Of a stretch of 64,000 nucleotides of DNA, positions 44,026 to 54,051 are shown one piece after another (position 1 is the stretch's first letter; each line of letters starts with the position of its first letter). The notes under the pieces are model-generated. The model saw only the letters and a list, made by a program, of their open reading frames with translations, made no database searches and was not told the DNA's origin. Position numbers and translations under genes: made by a program. The stretch lies in the IMG/VR virus record IMGVR_UViG_3300045988_154312, positions 160,001 through 224,000 of that record, one strand, 5' to 3'. The stretch is from a virus.

Positions 44026-44581
44026 AGATAATGACGGTGTTCGCATCGGTATTTTTGATAAAATGCTCGAAGAACGAGTATTATTTATCGTCGGAGAGAT
44101 TAATGACGAGTTAGCAAATTCTATCGTTGCCCATTTGTTATATCTTAATAGTAAAGATAGCCGTAAACCAATTACATTGTATATTAATAGTCCTGGCGGT
44201 GTGATTACTTCCGGATTCGCTATCTATGATACGATGAAATTAGTTAAAGCACCAGTTCATACTATCGGTTATGGTATGTGTGCTAGTATGGCTAGTTTTC
44301 TATTAAGTATGGGTGATAAACGTAGTGTATTGCCTAATACATGTGTAATGATTCATCAACCATTGGGTGGCGCACAAGGTCAACAGACCGAAATCGAAAT
44401 CACATATAAACGTATCACATCTCTTCGTGAGAAATTTGAAAAGATGTATGCCGAAAAATCTAACGGCAAATCTTCTTATAAGCAAATTCACGAAGCTTGT
44501 GAACGTGATAATTATCTCGATGCTAAAGAAGCACTAGATATGGGTTTAGTCGATGAAATTATCGGAGGTGAAGACGAATAA
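44012..44581 (+). CDS. clpP: ClpP-family serine protease
   Basis: GTG start. Contains LYINSPGG, GMCASMASFLL (catalytic Ser), MIHQPLGG (His) and ERDNYL (Asp region). Confidence 0.85.
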   Translation: MSVIKDNDGVRIGIFDKMLEERVLFIVGEINDELANSIVAHLLYLNSKDSRKPITLYINSPGGVITSGFAIYDTMKLVKAPVHTIGYGMCASMASFLLSMGDKRSVLPNTCVMIHQPLGGAQGQQTEIEITYKRITSLREKFEKMYAEKSNGKSSYKQIHEACERDNYLDAKEALDMGLVDEIIGGEDE

Positions 44582-45876
44582 TGAAATGTTCATTTTGTGG
44601 TAAAGACATCAACGATAATGAAAATAATCGAGTGACCTTTAGTTCTTCTGTAGACGAAAATATTTTCATCTGCCAAGATTGCGTTGAAAATATGAGTATT
44701 CAGTTGGTCGAAGATAATCCAGATTTAAATTTTGGTGTTAACTTGGAAGAAGATTTTGGTCTCGAAGATACACCAAAACCAAAGGTTAAAAAATCTAAAT
44801 TATTACCTTCACAAATTAAAGAATATTTAGACGAAAGTGTAATTAATCAAGATTATGCTAAGAAAATTTTAAGTGTAGCTGTAGCTAATCATACTAAGCT
44901 ATTAGAATATAATGCACTTAAAAAAGAAAAAACTGGTATCGATGTAGAGAAATCGAACCTTTTACTTTTGGGCAAAACGGGATCGGGTAAGACATGGATA
45001 ATTAAACAAATTTCTAAATATTTAAAACGTCCTTGTGTTATTGCCGACGCGAGTAGCCTTACAAAAAGCGGATTCGTGGGGGAAGATGTAAATAGCATAA
45101 TTGCAAAATTATACAGAGAAGCTGGCGAAGACGTTTCGAAGACTGAACAAGGAATTGTGTACATCGATGAAATCGATAAGATTGCTGCTCGAGATCCTGA
45201 AAACGCAGGTGCTCAAGGTAGTGATATCGGTGGTCGAGATGTGCAATATGAATTATTAAAACTTGTTGAAGGTGGCAAGGTTGCTATTAAAACAGGTGGT
45301 ATGTTAGGTCAAGGTTCGACAGTCGAAATCGATACGACAAATATTCTATTTATTTGTGGCGGTGCCTTTACCGGTATTGAAAAAAAGATTGCCGAACGTT
45401 TAAATAAGTCGATCGATAACGGTTTCGGCTTTACAAATGTAAAGTCCGAAAACGAAATTCAAGATGAAATCACTTACAACGGTTTAATCGATAATATCTT
45501 GCCAGAAGATTTAAGTAACTTCGGTATTATTCCAGAGTTATTGGGTCGATTACCAGTGATTTGTCCGTTAAAAGAATTAAGTATCGAAGATTTAGAAAAT
45601 ATTTTAACACAACCTAAGCATGCTATCTTTAAACAATTAAAAGAATTAGTAAGCATGTATGGTGTCGAATTAGAATTTGATGACGATACGATTCATACGA
45701 TTGCTAAATTAGCTTATGAACGTAAAACTGGTGCTCGTGCACTACGAAGTGTATGTGAAGCATTAGTCGACGATAAGATTTTCGAGATCACTCCGAAGAC
45801 TAAGAAAATTAAAATTACTAAGGAAGATGTCGAAAAGAAATTTGAATTTTATCTAAAGAAGGAGGAAAATGAATAG
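44581..45876 (+). CDS. clpX: ClpX AAA+ unfoldase
   Basis: N-terminal zinc ribbon CSFCGK..CQDC. Walker A at LLLGKTGSGKT and Walker B at IVYIDEIDKI. Contains TGARALRS. TAATG-coupled to clpP. Confidence 0.9.
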   Translation: MKCSFCGKDINDNENNRVTFSSSVDENIFICQDCVENMSIQLVEDNPDLNFGVNLEEDFGLEDTPKPKVKKSKLLPSQIKEYLDESVINQDYAKKILSVAVANHTKLLEYNALKKEKTGIDVEKSNLLLLGKTGSGKTWIIKQISKYLKRPCVIADASSLTKSGFVGEDVNSIIAKLYREAGEDVSKTEQGIVYIDEIDKIAARDPENAGAQGSDIGGRDVQYELLKLVEGGKVAIKTGGMLGQGSTVEIDTTNILFICGGAFTGIEKKIAERLNKSIDNGFGFTNVKSENEIQDEITYNGLIDNILPEDLSNFGIIPELLGRLPVICPLKELSIEDLENILTQPKHAIFKQLKELVSMYGVELEFDDDTIHTIAKLAYERKTGARALRSVCEALVDDKIFEITPKTKKIKITKEDVEKKFEFYLKKEENE

Positions 45877-46731
45877 ATGTACGATTTAGTATCTATCATC
45901 GAAGCAGCATTAATTACAGCAGCTGATAAGATGGCTAATAATATCGATAAATTAAATGTCGATGAGATTAGACTGCTTCATGAAATGTATATTGCCGGTA
46001 CTATCGAAAAACTTCAACAAAAGCTTGTTGCCGAAAATAATCAGGAACCAGCAGTTGAAAAAGAAACTAAAGAAACTGTATCGGAAATCATAACGGCTAA
46101 CAAAGAAGTTAAAGAAGAAAAACCTAAAGCTAAGCGTGGTCGTCCTAAATCAAAAGCTAAAGAAGAAGACGTGCCTGTAACAGATTTCGAAGGTAATGTA
46201 TTGCCTCCAGAAAAATTAGCTAAAGGTAGCGAAGATAAAGTTCATGATGAAGAACCAGCTTTCGTACCCAGTAAAGCAGAAGTTAAACCTGAAGTTGTTG
46301 TCGAAGAAACTTCTGCAACTGAAGAAGCAACAAAACCTTTAGAGTTTAACGAAGCTCAATTAGATTGTTATGTGTCTGAATTTAAACGTGAAGAAACATT
46401 TGAATCTAATCCAGAAGCAAAAGCTAAACTTACGCCTCAACGTAAGAAAATTAATGCTTTCGTAAAAGAAGCCGAAGGCAATAAGGCATTATTACGTAAA
46501 TATTTTGACGAGATCTTAGACGACGCCGACAAAGGTATGTCGTTTAAAGAAATTACGCCTTTCTATGTCGATAATTTAGCGCATTATTTAACGTTGCGTG
46601 AAGAATTAGCACGTTATAACGAAGATCAAATTGTCGAAAAGATGAAAGAAATTTCTGGCGGAGTGTTGCACGATATCTCTCAATTGAATCGCTATAATAT
46701 CGAAGCCATTTTAACAGTTCTTAAAGCATAA
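45877..46731 (+). CDS. hypothetical Lys/Glu-rich protein with an AT-hook-like KRGRPKSK
   Basis: 284 aa. It starts 1 nt after the clpX stop. Confidence 0.65.
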   Translation: MYDLVSIIEAALITAADKMANNIDKLNVDEIRLLHEMYIAGTIEKLQQKLVAENNQEPAVEKETKETVSEIITANKEVKEEKPKAKRGRPKSKAKEEDVPVTDFEGNVLPPEKLAKGSEDKVHDEEPAFVPSKAEVKPEVVVEETSATEEATKPLEFNEAQLDCYVSEFKREETFESNPEAKAKLTPQRKKINAFVKEAEGNKALLRKYFDEILDDADKGMSFKEITPFYVDNLAHYLTLREELARYNEDQIVEKMKEISGGVLHDISQLNRYNIEAILTVLKA

Positions 46732-46786
46732 TATATGCTTAAGATATATTTTAAATAATTTTATTTAAGAAAAGGAGACAATTAAC

Positions 46787-47221
46787 ATGTCTATGAACAA
46801 ATTGATTTTACAAGGTCGTATTCCTGCAAGCGAAAAATTCCGTTTTGACGTTCGTTTCGGCGATGGCGAAAATGAACGTTCTTTTGCTAATTTTCAAATG
46901 TCTGTACGCCGTAATTGGAAACCAAAAGACGAACAATATTATCCTGAAGATATCTTTAATGTAGTAGCTTATGGTCCTAATGCTGACATTATTGGTAAAC
47001 ACGTAAAACGTGGCGAAGAATTTTTGATTGCTTGTCATTTACAAAATAGAACATACGAAGACAAAAATGGTAATACTGTTTATACTAATGATATTATTGT
47101 CGACGAATTCTATTTTGAAGATCATCGTTCTGGTGGTAATAGCCAATCTAATTTCGATAATTTTGACGATGCACCAGCTAATAACACAACAGACGATGAC
47201 GACGACGTTCTCGACATCTAA
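46787..47221 (+). CDS. ssb: single-stranded DNA-binding protein
   Basis: OB-fold SSB pattern (LILQGRI..FNVVAYGPNADIIGKHVKRGEEFLI..RTYEDKNGN) and an acidic tail DDDDDVLDI. Confidence 0.85.
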   Translation: MSMNKLILQGRIPASEKFRFDVRFGDGENERSFANFQMSVRRNWKPKDEQYYPEDIFNVVAYGPNADIIGKHVKRGEEFLIACHLQNRTYEDKNGNTVYTNDIIVDEFYFEDHRSGGNSQSNFDNFDDAPANNTTDDDDDVLDI

Positions 47222-47250
47222 TTGTTAAATTAGCCATCGTATGGTATAAT
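47222..47250 (+). promoter_or_regulatory. SigA-type promoter
   Basis: TTGTTA, a 17-nt spacer ending in TGG, then TATAAT. Confidence 0.5.
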
Positions 47251-47253
47251 TGT

Positions 47254-47287
47254 AGTGGGTATACATATTGTGTGCCCACTATTTTTA
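47254..47287 (+). terminator. hairpin + T-run after ssb (overlaps the predicted +1 of the promoter)
   Basis: AGTGGG...CCCACT followed by ATTTTT. Confidence 0.5.
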
Positions 47288-47308
47288 TTATATTTACGAG
47301 GTGTGCTT

Positions 47309-47689
47309 ATGGATCAATTAGAGCATATTGATTCCCAGATTCAAGACTGGGAAAAGTTTTTTAAATTAGATAATGAACTTAGAAGTAACTTAAATCAAAT
47401 TTCAGAATATGTCGGAGAAAAACTTGCTAAAGGCAAATTTGGCGAACCTATTCAGGTCGAATTCGACGACAAAATATTCCAGTTTGTATTTAGAGTTGGT
47501 ACTTCTGGTTTACGTGGTCGTGTCGATTCTTATATTGCTAATAGTAAATTATTAGTAAAACCTAGAGGCTTTAAAGCACAAGTCGATTTTAACCAAGACG
47601 TATCATTAGCCGAGACGATTGGCGAAACGGCTCGAGGTATTTTGTATCGTTATTATGATTTGATCGACGACGAAGATCACGTATATTAG
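47309..47689 (+). CDS. hypothetical protein
   Basis: ATG after CGAGGTG. 126 aa. Confidence 0.65.
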   Translation: MDQLEHIDSQIQDWEKFFKLDNELRSNLNQISEYVGEKLAKGKFGEPIQVEFDDKIFQFVFRVGTSGLRGRVDSYIANSKLLVKPRGFKAQVDFNQDVSLAETIGETARGILYRYYDLIDDEDHVY

Positions 47690-47697
47690 GTGTTTAT

Positions 47698-48636
47698 ATG
47701 TTTAAAAATATGATTTGCGGTCTACGTAATTATCTTAAGAATACTTATAATAATAACGTCGACGCACAATATTTAAGTATTTTAACTAATATTATTGCTA
47801 ATGGTACTCGCAAAGAAAACCGTACAGGTACTGCTGCGTATAGTATTCCGCATCAGCGTATGTCTTTTGATTTATCAAAAGAATTCCCGCTGCTGACAAG
47901 TAAATTTGTCGGTCTTAAAACAGCGACGAAAGAAATGTTATGGATTTGGCAAGATAAATCTAACGACGTTAATTTATTAAATAAGAAATACGGCGTTAAG
48001 ATATGGGACGAATGGAAACGTACTGACGGTACTATCGGTAAGGCATATGGTTATCAGTTAGCAAAACAATATAAGTATTTTGACGTCGATGCTGAAAATG
48101 CTTTTAAACTTAAAAAAGAAGGCAAAATTAGTGATTATCGTGTCGGTAAAAATGGCGAAATCTATATGGATCAGGTCGATAAATTAATTTACGATTTACA
48201 TTATAATCGCGATAGTCGACGTATGGTCGTTAGTTTGTGGAATGTCGAAGATCTTAACGATATGGCATTACAACCATGTGCATTTTTAACCGAATGGAAT
48301 GTTACCGATGGTAAATTACATTGTCTACTCAATCTCAGATCGAGCGACTGGTGCATTGGGAGCCCCTATAATATAGCACAATATGCAATGTTAGTATTGG
48401 TATTAGCTAAAACTAGTGGATTAAAACCTGGTAAGTTTACCGTTATGATTAACGACTGTCACGTGTATGAGAATCATCTAAAAGGTGCTGTTCAGCAATT
48501 AGCTAATAAGACATATGCATTACCAAAAGTAACATTAAAAGAAGGCTTCGACAGTTTTTATGAATTCGATGCTGACTGTTTTGAAGTTAAAAATTATAAA
48601 CATAGTGGCAAAATCGAATTTGAGGTTGCCGTATGA
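47698..48636 (+). CDS. thyA: thymidylate synthase (ThyA type)
   Basis: Contains NRTGT, KIWDEW, DSRRMVVSLWNV, LQPCAF (catalytic Cys) and LRSSDWCIGSPYNIAQYA. Confidence 0.9.
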   Translation: MFKNMICGLRNYLKNTYNNNVDAQYLSILTNIIANGTRKENRTGTAAYSIPHQRMSFDLSKEFPLLTSKFVGLKTATKEMLWIWQDKSNDVNLLNKKYGVKIWDEWKRTDGTIGKAYGYQLAKQYKYFDVDAENAFKLKKEGKISDYRVGKNGEIYMDQVDKLIYDLHYNRDSRRMVVSLWNVEDLNDMALQPCAFLTEWNVTDGKLHCLLNLRSSDWCIGSPYNIAQYAMLVLVLAKTSGLKPGKFTVMINDCHVYENHLKGAVQQLANKTYALPKVTLKEGFDSFYEFDADCFEVKNYKHSGKIEFEVAV

Positions 48637-49109
48637 TTAATATAATCGTTTGTAAAAATAACTTCGATTATATCGGTAAAGATAATAAAATGTTATATCA
48701 CATCCCAAAGGATTTAGCATTTTTTAAACGAAAAACCGTTAACCATGTAATTATAATGGGCAGAAAAACATTTGAAAGTTTACCTGGTTTATTACCTAAC
48801 CGTGAACATTGGGTTATTACCAGAGATCCGAGTTTTAACAAAGCTCGTTCATTTAATAGTATCGATGACGTTCTAGAGGCCATCGATCAAAATGTAGACT
48901 ATTATATTATTGGTGGCGGTGAAATATATAAACAATTTATGCCATATGCCGATTCTTTATATATAACAGAAGTCGATGATTTTAAAGTAGGCGACGTTAG
49001 ATTTCCGTCGATCGACATGACAAAATGGCATTTATCTGTTTCGCGTATCGATATCGATGAAAAATCTAACTTAACTCTACAATTTAAGAAATATTTACGA
49101 AAGGGCTAA
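48633..49109 (+). CDS. folA: dihydrofolate reductase
   Basis: Contains IGKDNKMLYHIPKDLAFFKRKT, IMGRKTFESL and YIIGGGEIY. ATGA-coupled to thyA. Confidence 0.85.
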   Translation: MINIIVCKNNFDYIGKDNKMLYHIPKDLAFFKRKTVNHVIIMGRKTFESLPGLLPNREHWVITRDPSFNKARSFNSIDDVLEAIDQNVDYYIIGGGEIYKQFMPYADSLYITEVDDFKVGDVRFPSIDMTKWHLSVSRIDIDEKSNLTLQFKKYLRKG

Positions 49110-49114
49110 ACCTT

Positions 49115-49699
49115 GTGAATAATTTCATTAATATTGCCGGAACGTTATGTGATATAAAAAAATCACATACCGAACGTTCTGGCCAAGATATATATTCTGC
49201 TAATGTTAGCATGAATATTGAAAAGAAACATATTAAAGTACCTGTTCAATTTAAAGATAATGTTAAACAGGTCTATAATTTAAAAGAAGATTCACACGTA
49301 AATCTTTACGGTGAATTGCGAACAAAAAATCTTAAACAAGATAATGACAAAAGTAAATTAAGCGTATTTGCTTTTATTACACAAGGTAATCGGCAAGTTA
49401 ATAATTATAACGAAGTTGTATTAACTGGTTTTATTTGTAAAAAGAGTAAAATTATCAATAAAAAAAGTCATAATATCTGTAGCGTGATCATTGCTGTTAA
49501 ACGTAATAACGATACGGTTCATGATTTTATTCCTTGTGTCGGTCATAACTTAAATGCTAATCTATTTCGAGATATGAAGTTACGAACTAATATTAAAGTT
49601 ATCGGTAAATTTGTTAATCGAGAATATTACGATCATAAAGAACAATGTACGAAAACGACTTACGAAGTTCTCGTAAAAGATATTCAGGTGTTACCATGA
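49115..49699 (+). CDS. hypothetical protein (possibly an OB-fold, SSB-like)
   Basis: GTG start. 194 aa. Only a weak resemblance to the SSB N-terminus (INIAGTL..VNLYGELRT). Confidence 0.5.
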   Translation: MNNFINIAGTLCDIKKSHTERSGQDIYSANVSMNIEKKHIKVPVQFKDNVKQVYNLKEDSHVNLYGELRTKNLKQDNDKSKLSVFAFITQGNRQVNNYNEVVLTGFICKKSKIINKKSHNICSVIIAVKRNNDTVHDFIPCVGHNLNANLFRDMKLRTNIKVIGKFVNREYYDHKEQCTKTTYEVLVKDIQVLP

Positions 49700-50445
49700 T
49701 CAATCTTCGTAAACCGATCGTACGATTCGAAAAAGATTCGTTATATCGTATAACAAAAGAACCCGATACATATCTTAAAATAGAAAATCGTGTATATTAT
49801 TTCTATACAAGATTAAATAATTATCTTAACTACAATATACATATGAAATACTTAGTCGTTACTAAGCAAGGTTGGTATAAAGTAATTAGTGGTGAGATGC
49901 TCGATATTAAACGAAAACAAAAAATCATCACTTTGTCTAATAATGATGATGAAATTGTGGCAATCGAACCATTATACTCCAATTTATTCTACGTTGTTAC
50001 GACTCATAACAAAATTCTTCTTATCGATATCGAGTTCAAACCGATGAACTTACGCACAACACGTGAAAGTGCCGGTAAAAAGAATCTTGTTAAACTAAGC
50101 AACGGCGAAGAAATTAAGCTAGTCCTTAATCGTTTCTACGAACAGGAACTTAATAGCTTGCTTATTATTAACGATCGTGGAGAAATTAAAGTTATTGACG
50201 ATGCCCCGCATAGAAGAAAAGGTAATTTGCCAAAACCTATCTCCAAAGATATCCCTATTAAACTTATCGTTCCTTTAAATAAATTAAACAATTCGATTAT
50301 CGGTATCGATAATTATATATATTTATTAAATGAATATGATTTTAAAGATTACGTTAAAAAATATAACGGAATGTTTAAAAAGTATCCTAAATTTAAAGGA
50401 AAAGTATTTACGAACTATGAGCTCGTTAAAGGTGTAACATATTAA
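49696..50445 (+). CDS. hypothetical protein
   Basis: ATGA overlap start. 249 aa. Confidence 0.6.
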   Translation: MINLRKPIVRFEKDSLYRITKEPDTYLKIENRVYYFYTRLNNYLNYNIHMKYLVVTKQGWYKVISGEMLDIKRKQKIITLSNNDDEIVAIEPLYSNLFYVVTTHNKILLIDIEFKPMNLRTTRESAGKKNLVKLSNGEEIKLVLNRFYEQELNSLLIINDRGEIKVIDDAPHRRKGNLPKPISKDIPIKLIVPLNKLNNSIIGIDNYIYLLNEYDFKDYVKKYNGMFKKYPKFKGKVFTNYELVKGVTY

Positions 50446-50738
50446 TGGACACAACACATTTAGAAACTTCTTTAGCCTCATATGTCGGTATGTTCTCTCA
50501 AACATTACAAGGAACAAATACCGAAAAGAATCAAGCAATTATTAGTACTTTTTTAAAAGTAATTAATAATTTAATGATTGCTGAAGACGTACAAAAAGAT
50601 GTTGCTATTAAACCTATTATTATGTTAGTATTAGAATACTTAGTAGATTATAATAATTTACTTGCTAAAAATGGCAAAGCCGACCAAGATGTAGCTACGG
50701 CAATTAAAGTACTTAATACTATTTCTAACAGACAATAG
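50445..50738 (+). CDS. hypothetical protein
   Basis: 97 aa. TAATG overlap. Confidence 0.6.
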   Translation: MDTTHLETSLASYVGMFSQTLQGTNTEKNQAIISTFLKVINNLMIAEDVQKDVAIKPIIMLVLEYLVDYNNLLAKNGKADQDVATAIKVLNTISNRQ

Positions 50739-50747
50739 GAGGTTTAT

Positions 50748-51011
50748 ATGGCAAGAAAAAAAGCAGAAACTATTATCGAAGACAAAGCCAAAGTAACTGA
50801 TATCGAACGTAAAAAACGTATCGAACTCGTAATGGCAAATCTTCGCAAAAAAAACGATGGTATTATTGTCGGAAAGCTCAGTGATCCTGAAGTAAAAGAA
50901 CAGCTTCACTTTGAATTTATTCCGACACCATCGATTAATTTTAATTCTGCGACTGGCGGAGGTATTCCTAAAGGAAATGTTTGTATTATCGCCGGTGCAG
51001 AAGATTCGGGT
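50748..51011 (+). CDS. recA: RecA-like recombinase, exon 1
   Basis: SD TAGGAGG. It ends inside the Walker A motif (IIAGAEDSG|), and the in-frame continuation is intron sequence. Confidence 0.8.
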
Positions 51012-51224
51012 AAAATATTTGCCCCTACAATTAGTGATAATTGTATGCAAATTCTGTGATATGCTGGAAAGCCCTATGAGGTAATCAGCAGGCAGCTTAA
51101 TCGCGCCCCAACGACTATCCGTAAGGAGTACGCTACAGAAGTAGCGGAAGCGCAGAACATCTTAATTAAGATGATGATATAGTCTACTCCCCTAATAAAT
51201 ATCGGGAAACCGAGGGTATGAAGG
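51012..51224 (+). mobile_element. ORF-less group I intron (213 nt) in the recA-like gene
   Basis: U at -1 (51011) and a terminal G (51224). An IGS-like GCCC at 51021 can pair with exon CGGGU. P/Q/R/S-like blocks are ATATGCTGGAAAGC, AATCAGCAGGC, CAACGACTATCC and GATATAGTCTAC. Splicing restores GAEDSGKTSLILE. Confidence 0.8.
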
Positions 51225-52136
51225 AAAACAAGTTTAATTCTTGAAACAATCGGTAAGATGCACCGTGAAAACTCAGAAGGTCATTTTGCTTTATGGCTTG
51301 AAAGCGAAGCATCACTAAACTTAGATTATATGGTAAATCAGTTTGGTATCGATCCAGAACGATTTTTCTTTATTCAGTTCGATCGAAACCATTCGGCCGA
51401 ACAATGTTTAGATCAAGCTGAATCATTATTGCAAACTGGCGTATTCGATTTATTCTGTATCAATACATTAAAAGCATTAATTCCAGAATCTGAAATGAAT
51501 AAATCGATGGAACAAATTAATGTTGGTGCCGCTGCGCGAATGAATAGTCGGGCAATGGGTAAATTCGTACCGTTGATTAAACAATATAAAACGGCAATGG
51601 TATTAATCCAACATTTAACGACTAACATCGGTGGTTTTAGTATGTATGGCGACAATTTAATTTTAGCTGGCGGTCGTGCTATTCGTACGGCTAGCATACT
51701 AACTGTCGAAATGCGTAAAGCTAGTATATTGGATACTGATCCTATCGGTAAAGAAGACGGTATTAAAATTAATTGTAAGATTACTAAAAACCATTGTATT
51801 CCGAGAGAATTCCCGTATCGTAAATTTACGTATTATGCAATCTTTGGTGAAGGCATCGAACAAATTCTTAGTACACTCGATGAATTAATCGATATGGGTA
51901 TTATTCATAAAGCTGGTGCTTGGATGCAACAGCTTGATCCAGAGACTGGAGAGATTGTCGACAAATGGAATGGCCGTAATGCCTTTAGAGAAGACATGAA
52001 AGCCAATCCTGATAAACTTGAAAAGCTTAAATCTTTAGTTCACGGTACCTTCGAAACTCTTAGCGAAGAAGAGGTTGTCGAAATTAAAGAACAAGAAAAA
52101 TTAGCCGAAGAAGCTGAAGAGGCTACTAATGGCTAA
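51225..52136 (+). CDS. recA: RecA-like recombinase, exon 2
   Basis: Continues KTSLILETIGK..., with RecA core motifs (LFCINTLKALIP, QINVGAAARMNSRAM, VLIQHLT). The spliced product is about 392 aa. Confidence 0.8.
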   Translation, partial: KTSLILETIGKMHRENSEGHFALWLESEASLNLDYMVNQFGIDPERFFFIQFDRNHSAEQCLDQAESLLQTGVFDLFCINTLKALIPESEMNKSMEQINVGAAARMNSRAMGKFVPLIKQYKTAMVLIQHLTTNIGGFSMYGDNLILAGGRAIRTASILTVEMRKASILDTDPIGKEDGIKINCKITKNHCIPREFPYRKFTYYAIFGEGIEQILSTLDELIDMGIIHKAGAWMQQLDPETGEIVDKWNGRNAFREDMKANPDKLEKLKSLVHGTFETLSEEEVVEIKEQEKLAEEAEEATNG

Positions 52137-52752
52137 TTGTTTATTCGGAGATGAGTGGTATACATGTCTTACCGTTACGGGAAATAAATGTACAGAATGT
52201 ATTAAACATGACTCTGAACTAAGTAAGAAAAAATTAAAACAAACTAAATTTAAAGCCCGTCCGGATAAACGGATGGGCTCTAAATTTGAGTTGAAGAATC
52301 ATAATGCTAACGAAGCTTTAGTTAACGATGTCGTTAATAGAATGACTCCTAATAGTGGAGCGGGCAAGATTAAAGGCGATCAAGAAATTAAAGGTATTAT
52401 TAGCGTTAGCGAAGAATTAAAAACTCAAGTAGCTGAAAAGGCTCGCGGAAAGAAAACATTTACGATCCATAAAGAATGGCTCGATAAATTAAAGCGAGAA
52501 TCTCAGGATCGAGAATTTTACTACTTGAAATTTTGTTTTCACGAAAGTGAAGACGATGTATTTGTCGTCGTCGATCAAGAAATCATTATGTCTATGATTA
52601 AGACTATGATCGAAGACAGGAGAAAGGCTAATAATGCTGATCATCTAATACGATTAGCTAATCTCGAACGAGATAAAGCTATAGCCGAAAATAATCTATT
52701 AAGAGCCGAGAAGGCACTGTTGGAGGAAAAGATAAATGAGCCTACTGAATGA
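52129..52752 (+). CDS. hypothetical protein; possible PD-(D/E)XK nuclease/resolvase with N-terminal Cys cluster and C-terminal coiled coil
   Basis: Contains C..C..C..C at the N-terminus, then GSKFE, NSGAGKIKGD and SEELK, compatible with an E/D/ExK motif. Lies next to the recA-like gene. Confidence 0.4.
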   Translation: MANCLFGDEWYTCLTVTGNKCTECIKHDSELSKKKLKQTKFKARPDKRMGSKFELKNHNANEALVNDVVNRMTPNSGAGKIKGDQEIKGIISVSEELKTQVAEKARGKKTFTIHKEWLDKLKRESQDREFYYLKFCFHESEDDVFVVVDQEIIMSMIKTMIEDRRKANNADHLIRLANLERDKAIAENNLLRAEKALLEEKINEPTE

Positions 52753-53359
52753 AGCTCGTAGTAAACATGCCGAACGTATCTGGAACGAATATTTAGAAAA
52801 TTACAAACAATATCCTGTTCCAGAATATGTAAAGCAAGATTTATTACTACCTATTAACTCAGAGCCTGAAAAGCGTAGCGATATTATAATTATTAAAGAT
52901 CCGTATCCAGAAAGTACATCTGTATTTGATAGAGATCATGTATATGCTTCAGTGTTTAAAGTATTAAATAAGAATATTCCGATTAAAGGTAATACTGTTA
53001 TCGATTGCTTGCCATATACTCCGTTCGTTACGATCGGAGATAAAATTAAATATCGTGCGCCAAATCTTGAAGAGCAAAAGATTGCACGACAATATTTATA
53101 CGAACTAATCGATTGCGTTAACCCTAAGTTGATTATCTTATTCGGGAATATTTCTTTACATATGTTTAAAGAAGATAGTACTATTTTAAAAGATAGAGGT
53201 ACGGCTTTTACTAATATGGGTCATTTATTCTTCCCAATGTATAGTGTTAACTATATTAAAAAATTAGAAGGAGAGATGAAGAAAGAAGCCGAATCTATTC
53301 TAATTAAAGATATCGAAACGTGTAGTGCACTATATAAAACAATTATGGAGGAAAAATAA
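52736..53359 (+). CDS. hypothetical protein; possible uracil-DNA-glycosylase-fold domain
   Basis: Weak pattern only: NPKLIILFGNISLHMF and FFPMYS resemble motifs of family-4-like UDG folds. Confidence 0.35.
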   Translation: MSLLNEARSKHAERIWNEYLENYKQYPVPEYVKQDLLLPINSEPEKRSDIIIIKDPYPESTSVFDRDHVYASVFKVLNKNIPIKGNTVIDCLPYTPFVTIGDKIKYRAPNLEEQKIARQYLYELIDCVNPKLIILFGNISLHMFKEDSTILKDRGTAFTNMGHLFFPMYSVNYIKKLEGEMKKEAESILIKDIETCSALYKTIMEEK

Positions 53360-54051
53360 TGCCGTTAGATAAAGATTTTGATCTATTTGATGAAATCGAA
53401 GATCAGGAAGTACCTGGTCTAGATACTGAACTTAAAGAAGAATCTAAACTAGATCTTATTACAGATGAAGATACTGTTACTATTAAAGAAGAAGTAACAG
53501 AAGAAATTAACGAAGAAACTGTTAAGGAAGATGAAGTTGTCGAAGACAACGAACCAATTAAGAAAATTAAAACGACAGGTGAAACATTTAATCGTATCAG
53601 TGATTTTATTGTCAATCCTGTAGCTGACGATGAATGGGAACGCTTTAAAAACGATACCTTGATTAAAATGTCTGGTATTCAAATTAAAGAAAACATTCCG
53701 CCTAACGTTATTTTACATGTAGCAGCTGATTTGGATAGCATGTATAGTTCTATCTACGATAAATATATGGAGACAAAAACTGGCTTAGAAAATTTTACGA
53801 ATAAAGAAGACGGTATTTTAGCCGTTATTAAGGCAACGAATGCTAAAGGTTCTAACGAAACAGAACGTAAGGCTAATGGCGTTGCTGCAGCTGAAAAATA
53901 TAAAATCGATAAGACAACTGTTAATTTATTTCATTTGATTGCAGAAACACGTAGTCGTTTGAATTTCTTGCAAGGAATTATTGACCAAGTTCGTTTTAAG
54001 AAAGATTTATTAGTGACAGCATCTGCTGCAATTAAGGTATTAAATAAGTAG
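53359..54051 (+). CDS. hypothetical protein with a highly acidic N-terminal third
   Basis: 230 aa. TAATG overlap. Confidence 0.65.
   Translation: MPLDKDFDLFDEIEDQEVPGLDTELKEESKLDLITDEDTVTIKEEVTEEINEETVKEDEVVEDNEPIKKIKTTGETFNRISDFIVNPVADDEWERFKNDTLIKMSGIQIKENIPPNVILHVAADLDSMYSSIYDKYMETKTGLENFTNKEDGILAVIKATNAKGSNETERKANGVAAAEKYKIDKTTVNLFHLIAETRSRLNFLQGIIDQVRFKKDLLVTASAAIKVLNK

Noticed and set aside
50658-51050. 130-aa minus-strand ORF opposite recA exon 1
   Set aside because: It is an antisense shadow ORF with no SD, overlapping a confidently assigned gene.
51012-51059. C-terminal extension IFAPTISDNCMQIL of the 50748 ORF
   Set aside because: It breaks the Walker A motif. The sequence is the 5' part of the group I intron, and the true continuation is at 51225.
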